35,943 nucleotides of DNA from Pseudobdellovibrionaceae bacterium (GTDB lineage: Bacteria > Bdellovibrionota > Bdellovibrionia > Bdellovibrionales > Bdellovibrionaceae): contig JBGGMM010000077.1 of NCBI GenBank assembly GCA_041288045.1, positions 1 through 35,943 of the forward strand, read 5' to 3'. Below the pieces are notes generated by a model, which was not told where the DNA came from, did not search any database, and was given only the letters and a program-made list of their open reading frames with translations. The translations under genes and the position numbers were made by a program. This document shows positions 28,227 through 35,943 of this stretch, piece after piece. Within the stretch, counting starts at the first letter, position 1. Each line of letters opens with the position of its first letter.

Positions 28227-29720
28227 CTATTTGAGAAAGAAATAATGAAACTGTGGAGGGCCGTCTCGTTTTTGGTCGATATCAAAGAGCGCGATGACCT
28301 CGGTGCGACTGCCGGCTTCCACATTGAAGATCGTCCAATCGCAGCTTTCCAAGATTTGGTGAAGACCACGACCGGCGCCACCTTTATTGGCATTCAAAGT
28401 TCCAGCAGCTCCATTGTAACAACTGTCCAGATAGCGGATCAAAATGTCCTGTCGAAGGGCTCCGAAGGGGTCTAAAATTGAGACAGCTAACAGGTTCCCA
28501 TCACAGCCAAAGGAAAGCTCTGACTGCTGATTGGGATTGAGCTCCACTTCGGTGGTGCGAGGCAGGTGATTGAAAAGCGATTTGCCTTCGATATCCACAG
28601 GAGCATCGTAAATCGCATTCATCAGCATTTCTTCGGCGGCCACTTGCACTCGGTCCAAAATCGCACCACGAATCCCCAGGGATTTAAAGTGAGTGAGCAT
28701 TCCCTCTTTCAGTTGGCCCCGGTCTTTGGATTTAGCCACTTTCACGGTTTTCACATCCGTGCCCCAAGAGAGGTACTTTTCAACTCCGAAATAATTCTTA
28801 TGCAGAATTTTGGACAAAGAAGTGAGGATGCTTTTCACAGTCCCAGTGCGATCCTCGGGATCACGAGTGATGACGTTTCGAATAAAGTTCAAATCCATCA
28901 GTCTTTGAAAGTTGATGGTCAAAGATTCCATCATCACAAAATGGCCTTTGTATCCTTGAGCGTTCACCCAAGCCAAAAACTCGGACATCGTATCATCGCA
29001 AAAAATAATGGCTGGCACGTGTTCCTGGTAAAGGCCCTTGGCCTCATCCAAATTGCTGGCAATATCCAGTGGAACACCAGCTCCCCCCACTGCAGTCTTC
29101 AGAATATTCTGCTGCTTTTTAGTTGGCTCTAAAAGCAGGACTCGCTCTTGATTTTCTGTGGCAGCTTCAATCCGCAAGAAATTCATTTGCGCTGAGGAGA
29201 CGATTTCCAGCTCTTTTTTCTTAATACGAAGCTCACGGGCAGTGATTTCATAGAGCTTGGCTTTTTCATTGGTCTTCATCAGTCTGTCGGTGAGAACGCC
29301 TGAATAAATCTTGTAGAGCAAGAATTGAAAACGGTCTTTCTGGCTGGGATTCACATGCGCAAAATCCTCAGCCGAAATGTAAAAACACCGCACTGGGGTC
29401 TGAGCCCGGATCTGAGCGCTGACTGGCTTTCCCGAAAGAACGCTCATTTCACCAATGACTTCACCTTCTTTGAGAAGCTCATTGACCTTTTCATCATCCA
29501 CCAGGATTTCGACAATGCCTTCGCGAAGAAAGTAGAGCTTGTCATTCATCTGCTCGGCTTTGAGCAAAATTTGGCCGGCTTTGAAGTCCACTTCACGAAC
29601 CATGGTTGAAACTTGAAGAAGCAGGGATTCGTCGAACGAAGAAAAGAAATGGTATTTTCTGATTTCTTGGGCAATTTCTGCCGGATGTAAGCTCATTGGA
29701 ATTGATGCTCTCACAGTCAT
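28227..29720 (-). CDS. cNMP-binding + receiver-like + HATPase_c (anti-sigma/RsbW-like) protein; start may be 29696
   Basis: N-terminal cNMP fold (LYFLREG.V, IGEMSVL); central VLLLEP...IIFCDD; C-terminal EEMLMNAIYDA, DPFG and GGAGRGL boxes. Confidence 0.7.
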   Translation of the reverse strand: MTVRASIPMSLHPAEIAQEIRKYHFFSSFDESLLLQVSTMVREVDFKAGQILLKAEQMNDKLYFLREGIVEILVDDEKVNELLKEGEVIGEMSVLSGKPVSAQIRAQTPVRCFYISAEDFAHVNPSQKDRFQFLLYKIYSGVLTDRLMKTNEKAKLYEITARELRIKKKELEIVSSAQMNFLRIEAATENQERVLLLEPTKKQQNILKTAVGGAGVPLDIASNLDEAKGLYQEHVPAIIFCDDTMSEFLAWVNAQGYKGHFVMMESLTINFQRLMDLNFIRNVITRDPEDRTGTVKSILTSLSKILHKNYFGVEKYLSWGTDVKTVKVAKSKDRGQLKEGMLTHFKSLGIRGAILDRVQVAAEEMLMNAIYDAPVDIEGKSLFNHLPRTTEVELNPNQQSELSFGCDGNLLAVSILDPFGALRQDILIRYLDSCYNGAAGTLNANKGGAGRGLHQILESCDWTIFNVEAGSRTEVIALFDIDQKRDGPPQFHYFFLK

Positions 29721-29911
29721 TCGGTTTAGTGGAGTCCGAAGCCTTCAAAGAAAGACCAAGGTCCTGTTTAAGATTTTGTCAGCAGCAAGGAAGCTTCGGT
29801 TGATTTTGCGGAAATTCCCTCGATTTTTTTGTCTAAGTCCTCGAAAGCACCGAAAATTTTCAAACGTGACAATTGTCGGCTGCAAGACCCGCTTGACGGT
29901 CTTTTTTTGAG

Positions 29912-29995
29912 TTCTCAAAATGAGACACTTTCATAAAATTCACAAGTTAAATCAAATAGTTGGATTGGCGCCCTCAAGTCGGCATAGGGCTTGTA
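29912..29995 (+). promoter_or_regulatory. Candidate sigma54 promoter with IHF site and upstream palindrome
   Basis: TTCTCA-AAA-TGAGAC (29912-26), AATCAA-ATAG-TTG (29950-62, fits WATCAAN4TTR), GGCATAGGGCTTGTA (29981-95). Confidence 0.55.
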
Positions 29996-30038
29996 AAGAT
30001 CCAGGTTGTGAGGATTCGTCCTCTTAAAAGGAGTTCAA

Positions 30039-30932
30039 ATGAAAACGCCCAACCAACGAATGAAAAAAGGACTGCTGCTTTCGCTGCTCACGGCATCCCT
30101 TGTTTTGAGCGTCGGCTGCGCCAAAAAAGGTGATGGCTTTTCGGCCGACACTTCAGATCCAGGTCCAACAGCGACTCCGATCGATAATGGAATGCCAGAC
30201 ACTCCCGACACCGACACTCCACGCGGTGGTGATTTTGCTTCCGGTGCAACTGCGGCTTTTGCAGTTGAATCCTCTGACGCTTGGACGGCTTATGCGCCCA
30301 CTCATCCTTTGAACAATCCTCAAGATATGCGAGTCAGCGTAAAGCTGGCCGAAACTTCGACGGGATCTAATCAGTATTATGGAAAGATTTATCTGAGCTA
30401 CTTTGATAACGGACAGTATTACACAGCTCGATTTGAAACTCAGAATAAGAAAAATCCTTCTGGCAGTGTGGCCAGCGCGGGAACTCATTACGCCAAATGG
30501 AATCACGCTTCTTACAACAACTTTATCCTGTCCAATGGCAAGCCGGCCTTTCACGGATTTTTCCAAGACTCTCTGGGCGCCATTTTGTTCGTCGTCGATG
30601 AGTACATTGATCAAGGTGATGGAGCTGGTGCGACCATGCTCTCGGGTTCGATCTGGTTTAAAAATTTCGCCAACACTCAGTTTTCAAAAACCTTCCAAGA
30701 CATCCCTTGCTGGTTTTTCTCACTGGGGCCCTATGACTGCCGAACTTTCTTAAAGTCCGGTGGACCTGGTGGTGGCGGAAAATTGGTTTCAGATTCGGCC
30801 CTGTATCCGCCTGATTCCAAATGGTACACAACAAAAAAAATCAATCCCTACGTCCCAGTCGAACCGGCTCGTGGATGGAGGAAATTGGGAACATTTAACG
30901 ATTTAGATAAATCAAAAGCATTCTCTCACTAA
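30039..30932 (+). CDS. Hypothetical lipoprotein
   Basis: AGGAG RBS, lipobox LSVGC, Pro/Asp/Thr linker, aromatic-rich beta domain. Confidence 0.8.
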   Translation: MKTPNQRMKKGLLLSLLTASLVLSVGCAKKGDGFSADTSDPGPTATPIDNGMPDTPDTDTPRGGDFASGATAAFAVESSDAWTAYAPTHPLNNPQDMRVSVKLAETSTGSNQYYGKIYLSYFDNGQYYTARFETQNKKNPSGSVASAGTHYAKWNHASYNNFILSNGKPAFHGFFQDSLGAILFVVDEYIDQGDGAGATMLSGSIWFKNFANTQFSKTFQDIPCWFFSLGPYDCRTFLKSGGPGGGGKLVSDSALYPPDSKWYTTKKINPYVPVEPARGWRKLGTFNDLDKSKAFSH

Positions 30933-30943
30933 AGGAGGGAGTT

Positions 30944-31690
30944 ATGAAAAAGTTAGTTTTACTCATTTCAGTGGCGTCACTGACTCTCTTCGTCGCTTGT
31001 AAGAAAAAAGACGATGGTGGCAGCGTCAATGACAACAACAACGGCTTAGCTGGGCAACCATGCAATTACACAGTGCCGGCGCAACCAGGATATATTTGCC
31101 AAAATGGTGTCTTGGTGCCGAGCTCATTTCCAAATGGGTCAGCTGTTGGAAACTTGCTGAACAATGTTCAGTTTCAAAATTCTTATTTTCAAGGGACAGC
31201 TTTCATCGCTGCCTCTGGCTCAACTGGATATGGTGGTGGTTATCCCGGCACTTATCCTGGAACATACCCCGGCGGACAATATCCAGGCACATATCCCGGA
31301 ACATACCCCGGTACATATCCAGGAACGTATCCAGGCGCCTATCCTGGAACGGGCAGTGGAATGGATTTCAGCAATCCACGAGTCATCTCTTACTACGCAG
31401 GCCCGGTTCTTGTGACTGGGACTTTGCAAGTGAGCAATCAGACTCTATGTGGAGCGGCTGTAGGTGCTTACTCGCTGCAAGGAACTGGACAGAGCATGTA
31501 CGGTGCGATTTCCAATCTTCAGTTGATGGCAACAGGCGCCGGTTCGATTCAATTGCAAATTTCCTCTGCCCAAGTTTACAACAGTTCTGGTAGCGGATTG
31601 AGCCGGGACAGTGCTGGCAACCGATTGGGAATCACCATGGCTCAACTGATCGTCAATGGTCAGCCCTGTGGATCGATCACAGCTTACTAA
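30944..31690 (+). CDS. Hypothetical lipoprotein with (YPGT)n repeat
   Basis: GGAGG RBS, lipobox LFVAC, Gly/Ser/Asn-rich. Confidence 0.8.
   Translation: MKKLVLLISVASLTLFVACKKKDDGGSVNDNNNGLAGQPCNYTVPAQPGYICQNGVLVPSSFPNGSAVGNLLNNVQFQNSYFQGTAFIAASGSTGYGGGYPGTYPGTYPGGQYPGTYPGTYPGTYPGTYPGAYPGTGSGMDFSNPRVISYYAGPVLVTGTLQVSNQTLCGAAVGAYSLQGTGQSMYGAISNLQLMATGAGSIQLQISSAQVYNSSGSGLSRDSAGNRLGITMAQLIVNGQPCGSITAY
31241..31351 (+). repeat. Coding 12-bp tandem repeat, 9 YPG(T/A/GQ) units
   Basis: TAY CCN GGN ACN units with synonymous variation. Confidence 0.9.
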
Positions 31691-31724
31691 CCAAGCTTCA
31701 TGAAAGTTAAAGTAAAACTTTAAG

Positions 31725-31760
31725 AAAGAGCAGAGAATTATCTGCTCTTTTTCTTTTTTT
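31725..31760 (+). terminator. Intrinsic terminator of the lipoprotein operon
   Basis: AAAGAGCAGA-gaatta-TCTGCTCTTT plus T tract. Confidence 0.85.
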
Positions 31761-31799
31761 ACCTTGCCTGCCTTTCAAAATTTTTGTCTCCTGAGAGGG

Positions 31800-32678
31800 A
31801 TGGAACTTTTACCTCTGTGGGTTGAATTCTTCGAAGATTTGCAACACGTCCGGGGTCGATCGCAAAACACTGTGATGGCCTATCGACGCGACCTGGAGTT
31901 ATTTGCTCAGTACCGCGAAAATGAAAGCTCCATTTCAGGCTTTTACGATTTCATGAAAAAGCAAAAGCTTTCGCCTCGTTCTCAGGCCCGTGTGATCTCC
32001 TCGCTGCGTACTTATTATAAATTTTGTGAAAGTCGGGGACAGACTTCTCCTGAGCTGCGAGAGCTCAGACCTCCCAAAGTCAAAGTCGGTCTTCCCAAGG
32101 CTTTGACTTTGGATGAATTTGAAAAATTGCTTGCCGCTTGTCAGGTCGATGACAAAGAAAAAACAAAACGCAATCAGCTGACACTGATGCTGCTTTTCGG
32201 ACTGGGCTGCCGGGTCAGTGAATTGATCGGATTGAATCTCGAAGATTACAACGAAACCGATCGGTGGCTGAAGATTTTGGGGAAAGGCAGCAAAGAGAGA
32301 TTGGTCCCTTTGACCGATCAATTGGCGCTTCAGCTCAATCAGTACATACAAGAATCCCGCGGGGCTCTGCTCAAAGAAAAAAGCAGCACTTTGCTGGTGA
32401 ATGATCGCGGGCATCGTCCATCGCGAGTGGATATTTGGCGATGGTTGGCCGCTTGGTCACAAAAAGCGGGATTTGAAGAGCCTGTGGGGCCCCATCGATT
32501 TCGTCATGGCTGTGCGACAGCGCTTTTGGAAAGTGGCGCCGATCTTCGCAGCATCCAGATTCTCTTGGGACACTCCAGCATCCAAACCACTCAAATCTAC
32601 ACCAATGTCACCACTCAAAATTTGGTGAAGACAGTGGATGAGCATCATCCGCTCTCTCAACTGGAAGATTTAGAATAA
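31800..32678 (+). CDS. xerD: XerC/XerD-family tyrosine recombinase (XerD-like)
   Basis: N-terminal NT..AYRRDL; GCRVSEL, GKGSKERLVP, HRFRH and LLGHSSIQTTQIY motifs. xerC versus xerD is not certain. Confidence 0.75.
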   Translation: MELLPLWVEFFEDLQHVRGRSQNTVMAYRRDLELFAQYRENESSISGFYDFMKKQKLSPRSQARVISSLRTYYKFCESRGQTSPELRELRPPKVKVGLPKALTLDEFEKLLAACQVDDKEKTKRNQLTLMLLFGLGCRVSELIGLNLEDYNETDRWLKILGKGSKERLVPLTDQLALQLNQYIQESRGALLKEKSSTLLVNDRGHRPSRVDIWRWLAAWSQKAGFEEPVGPHRFRHGCATALLESGADLRSIQILLGHSSIQTTQIYTNVTTQNLVKTVDEHHPLSQLEDLE

Positions 32679-32765
32679 GATTGTCCGAAGCTCGGCCTTA
32701 GAGTTGAGTGCCGAAGAAATGATTTGAATTTTAGAAGAGTCATGAGCTTGCAAGTAGCGCTCCTC

Positions 32766-34205
32766 ATGATCAAAGTTCAATCCTTCATCCAAGAAAAAAA
32801 TTCGTTCATTCCTGTCGAAGTCGAACTGGCTCTCTGGCCCGGTCTTCCCAGCATTCACTTTGTCGGCTTGCCCGATCAGCACCTGAAAGAAAGTGCGGTT
32901 CGGATTAAAAGTGCGATCAAATCCTGTGGATTTCATTTTCCAGTGGCGCAACAGATTTTAGTGAACTTAAGACCGAGCTATCTGAAAAAAACATCCAGAG
33001 GTCTCGAGCTGGCAGTGGCAGCAGCTTACCTCTGGGAAACGGGGCAATTGAAAAGTCCAGTCCTTAGCTCTGAATTCTTTATCTATGGCGAGCTCAGTTT
33101 GGCAGGTGAAGTGATTGAACCTGAGGACCTTGGCCACAATTTTCACACGGGTCGGCTGACGGTGCTGACCGGAACCAGCTTAAAGCCCACAACGTCAGTG
33201 CATTTTCGAAGACAGGTGGTGCGCAGCCTGAAGGATCTGGAAGCTCCTTCTGAAATTCAAGCAGCGTCTCCATCAGCAGAATTACAACGGCCCTGGCATT
33301 TGATGGAAAGCTTGTTTTCAACTGAGCAAGCGAGGCTTTTGGAAATTTTGGCTGTGGGGGAGCATTCAGCCCTGATCGCCGGCCCCGCCGGCAGTGGGAA
33401 AAGCCACCTGGTGCAAAGCCTTTCGGCATTTTTGAAGGCTCCTAGTTCTGAAGAATTCATGGAGCTTCGAAAAATTCATTCGGCATTCGGTGAGGATTTG
33501 CGCTGGCGACCAGTGATCAAACCTCATCACTCCACTCCGATGATGGCAATGATCGGTGGAGGCAGCGTTCCTTTTGCTGGAGAGATTTCAAGAGCTCATG
33601 GCGGAATTTTGATTTTGGATGAATTGCTGGAATTTTCCTCTCAAGTGCAAGAAGCCCTTAGAGAGCCCTTTGAAGAGGGGCGAATGCGGGTTTTTCGCAG
33701 TGGCAAACTCAAAGAATATCCGGCGCAAGCACAAATCCTTGCCACCACCAATCTTTGTCCCTGTGGCAGCTGGACTCCCCTTCAAAGTGATGTGAAAAAT
33801 TGTGGTCTGTCGGCGGCTCGCTGCCGATCCTACGCTCACAGGCTGTCAGGCCCCTTTGTCGATCGATTTGAAATTCTTATTTTCACAAAGGGCATTGGAC
33901 GATTGGAAAAAAACGGCAAGGTTCTTTATGAAAAAATTAAAGAAGTGCAGAATTTTGTGGCTGGCCGGCAAAATGTCGTGAACAGCCGCTTGCCTCTGGA
34001 ATCTTTTCAGCGCGGACTCAAATCCCGCTCTCTTCTGCAAGTGCATTTAGAGACCGAGCATTCGCAAAGACGAAAAGCGGCCATCCTTCGAGTGGCCAGA
34101 ACTTTGGCTGATTTGGATTTCAATTCAGAAATTCGCTCCGAACATTTGGATGAAGCCATTCTTTTTTGTCAGACAAATTTCAATCGCTTGAAGCGCTGGA
34201 GTTAG
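32766..34205 (+). CDS. comM: YifB/ComM Mg-chelatase-like AAA+ ATPase
   Basis: GLP...VGLPD..KES, GELSLAG, GPAGSGKS, GEISRAHGGILILDEL, NLCPCG and LSGPFVDR motifs. Confidence 0.85.
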   Translation: MIKVQSFIQEKNSFIPVEVELALWPGLPSIHFVGLPDQHLKESAVRIKSAIKSCGFHFPVAQQILVNLRPSYLKKTSRGLELAVAAAYLWETGQLKSPVLSSEFFIYGELSLAGEVIEPEDLGHNFHTGRLTVLTGTSLKPTTSVHFRRQVVRSLKDLEAPSEIQAASPSAELQRPWHLMESLFSTEQARLLEILAVGEHSALIAGPAGSGKSHLVQSLSAFLKAPSSEEFMELRKIHSAFGEDLRWRPVIKPHHSTPMMAMIGGGSVPFAGEISRAHGGILILDELLEFSSQVQEALREPFEEGRMRVFRSGKLKEYPAQAQILATTNLCPCGSWTPLQSDVKNCGLSAARCRSYAHRLSGPFVDRFEILIFTKGIGRLEKNGKVLYEKIKEVQNFVAGRQNVVNSRLPLESFQRGLKSRSLLQVHLETEHSQRRKAAILRVARTLADLDFNSEIRSEHLDEAILFCQTNFNRLKRWS

Positions 34206-35047
34206 CGAGAAAAATAGCCTTTGGACTTTAAAATAAAGAAAAGTGCGATGACTGAGCCAAACATCACAGTCATGGCAAAGGCGAAAAAAGTGGGGCTCTC
34301 AAAAGGAATGGCTTGAAAATTCATTCCCCAGAAAGAAGCCCAGACACTGATGGGAACTGCAATGGCTGCCAGGGCCGTCAGCTTTTTCACCTGCAAATTG
34401 GTTTTTTGAGCCACGACGGCCCAGTAGAGTTCAAAGGCACCAGCAATTTGCCCCTGATGAAAGACGATGGATTGATAAAGTCTCTCAGTGTGATCGTGCA
34501 AATCGCGAAACTTCCATTTTAAATTGTCCGTCGGGCGAAAAAAATTCTGCAGCTGCAAAGTGACTGAGGGCAAATGGCCCATTTGCATTTCAGCCGACGC
34601 CAATCTCTTTTTGGTGGGAAGAATGGAGCGAATTTCAGTTTCTCCTTTAAAGAGATTCTGCTCAAAATCCTGAATTCTGGCGAAGAGGCTGCGAATTTCA
34701 ATGGCAGTGACGTCCGTGATCCGATCCAGAACCTGATAAAGAAAATGCAGCACATCTTTGGAGCCTTCGGACAGGCGCAAATACTCTTTCCAGGTTTTTT
34801 CTTTGGGCGGGGGGTCGTGAGAAACCAGAATCAAAGTGTATGGGTAAATCAGAAATTGAAGCTCAAATATTTTTTTTTCGGTGTAGAGAAACCATACGAG
34901 AAGTTGGTGGCTTTCATAGTCTTCAAGCTTGGCTCTTTGATCCCGATGAAGGCAATCTTCAAGAGCCAGAGGATGAATTTGGTAATTTTGCGCCAAGCGA
35001 TTCATCGCTTCTGTGTCAGTGCTGAGAGCTTCAATCCATTGGACCAT
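34202..35047 (-). CDS. corA: CorA-family Mg2+/Co2+ transporter
   Basis: HPLALEDC...QRAKLE and WGMNF signature with two C-terminal TMs. Start MVQWI chosen. Confidence 0.9.
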   Translation of the reverse strand: MVQWIEALSTDTEAMNRLAQNYQIHPLALEDCLHRDQRAKLEDYESHQLLVWFLYTEKKIFELQFLIYPYTLILVSHDPPPKEKTWKEYLRLSEGSKDVLHFLYQVLDRITDVTAIEIRSLFARIQDFEQNLFKGETEIRSILPTKKRLASAEMQMGHLPSVTLQLQNFFRPTDNLKWKFRDLHDHTERLYQSIVFHQGQIAGAFELYWAVVAQKTNLQVKKLTALAAIAVPISVWASFWGMNFQAIPFESPTFFAFAMTVMFGSVIALFFILKSKGYFSR

Positions 35048-35226
35048 GAAGCTGAGCATAGAAAGCAAAAGAAAGGCAATCAAGGGGAAACCCTTGGAAT
35101 CCCTGCTTTGCTTTCGATTTCACTGATTGCAAGAATTTAATTTCGTTGATTTGAATGCAGCGTCAGTTGTGTTACTGGACAAAAAGAACTCCTTAGCGTT
35201 AAAGACCGGTAAAGAAGGAGTTTTTT

Positions 35227-35646
35227 ATGAGCACATTCAGCACTCTCATTTTCGCTTTCTTAACACTGAGCCAAATCGCCCTGGCCGAAACCGAGCAGGA
35301 TGTTTTCCTTTGCCAGTCCCCAGTGCCAGGATTTGAAAATTTCCGAGTCACTCAAGTCCTTCAGGACAATTCCATGGAAGCCAAATACCGACTCAAAATT
35401 GACGGGACCGAAGAGGTCTGGGATCAATTGGGAAAAGCCCAATTGGCCTCCGGAACTCCCTTGTTCGCAAGCCAATTTCGTCGACTCAATTCACCCCCAG
35501 TCCTCCCTCTTCCGCCAGAAGTACCACCAGAAGAAATCAACGACGATAAATACCTCTATGCTTTTGTTTCCATCAACGAAAGCGGATCAGGAAGTCTGTC
35601 CATTCGAGCCAGCTTAGATCCCCTGGTCTGCCAAAGACTGTTTTAA
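35227..35646 (+). CDS. Hypothetical secreted protein
   Basis: AAGGAG RBS, signal peptide (ALA-E), one Cys near each terminus. Confidence 0.7.
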   Translation: MSTFSTLIFAFLTLSQIALAETEQDVFLCQSPVPGFENFRVTQVLQDNSMEAKYRLKIDGTEEVWDQLGKAQLASGTPLFASQFRRLNSPPVLPLPPEVPPEEINDDKYLYAFVSINESGSGSLSIRASLDPLVCQRLF

Positions 35647-35681
35647 TTCGGGAGTTTTTGCAGGGAAGGTCGAACTGACAC

Positions 35682-35943
35682 TTATCTGTGTTTCCGTGAA
35701 GCGGGAGGTTTCGTTTTAGGTCTGAAGATCAGACCTCGAGCTTCCATTTGATTGATGACGAGGTATTCCACCACAGATTTAAAATCCCGACCCCATGAAA
35801 TCATGCGAGTAAAGGGGCGAAGGACAAAAAGAGTTTTCAAATGAGGTTTTCGCGCTCTGACTTTTGCTGCCAGAATCGAGCAAAGAGATCTGATGAATTG
35901 ATTGTAGTTCTCGCGCTCTTTGATCTTGATAATCATATGAATG
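35682..35943 (-). mobile_element. 3' part of an HUH Y1 transposase (IS200/IS605 TnpA or RAYT-like), truncated by the window edge
   Basis: The frame reads ...I-H-M-I-I-K (second half of an HUH motif), then RPFTRMISWGRDF and EYLVINQ (catalytic Tyr helix). Confidence 0.65.

Noticed and set aside
31800..32678. Tyrosine recombinase as a prophage or island integrase
   Set aside because: Size and motifs fit housekeeping XerC/D; no att repeats, tRNA or phage genes nearby.
651..35617. Numerous antisense or nested ORFs of 60-200 aa in the track
   Set aside because: They overlap well-supported genes on the other strand or frame and show no motifs.

Overview
Mostly core-genome segment of a bacterium; gene content and order suggest Bdellovibrionota (an inference, not a database match). 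From left to right: an ABC-2 exporter operon, NifU/NfuA, class I aldolase, lysS, a rhodanese-fold lipoprotein, an HD-GYP protein, recG, a secreted S8 protease, carD/cdnL-gltX-cysS-uvrB-(DUF4399, orphan)-uvrC, endonuclease V, nfeD-stomatin, SpoIID/LytB, a cNMP/REC-like/HATPase protein, two orphan lipoproteins, a XerC/D recombinase, comM/yifB, corA and a truncated HUH (Y1) transposase at the right edge. The main unexplained signals are non-coding. (1) Bases 1-253 form a nested palindrome: an inverted copy of the permease gene 3' end encodes the same C-terminus with different codons and surrounds a perfect 36-bp inverted repeat. (2) A dispersed structured repeat occurs twice (about 13.5 kb and 23.15 kb) with conserved helices but divergent sequence. 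(3) A recurrent GTCTCA-N3-TGAGAC palindrome lies next to sigma54/IHF-type promoters of orphan secreted proteins. Two probable pseudo-enzymes are also present: a Cys-less rhodanese lipoprotein and a degenerate UDG-like protein. No CRISPR array, rRNA or tRNA was seen. Starts were adjusted by eye from the ORF track.
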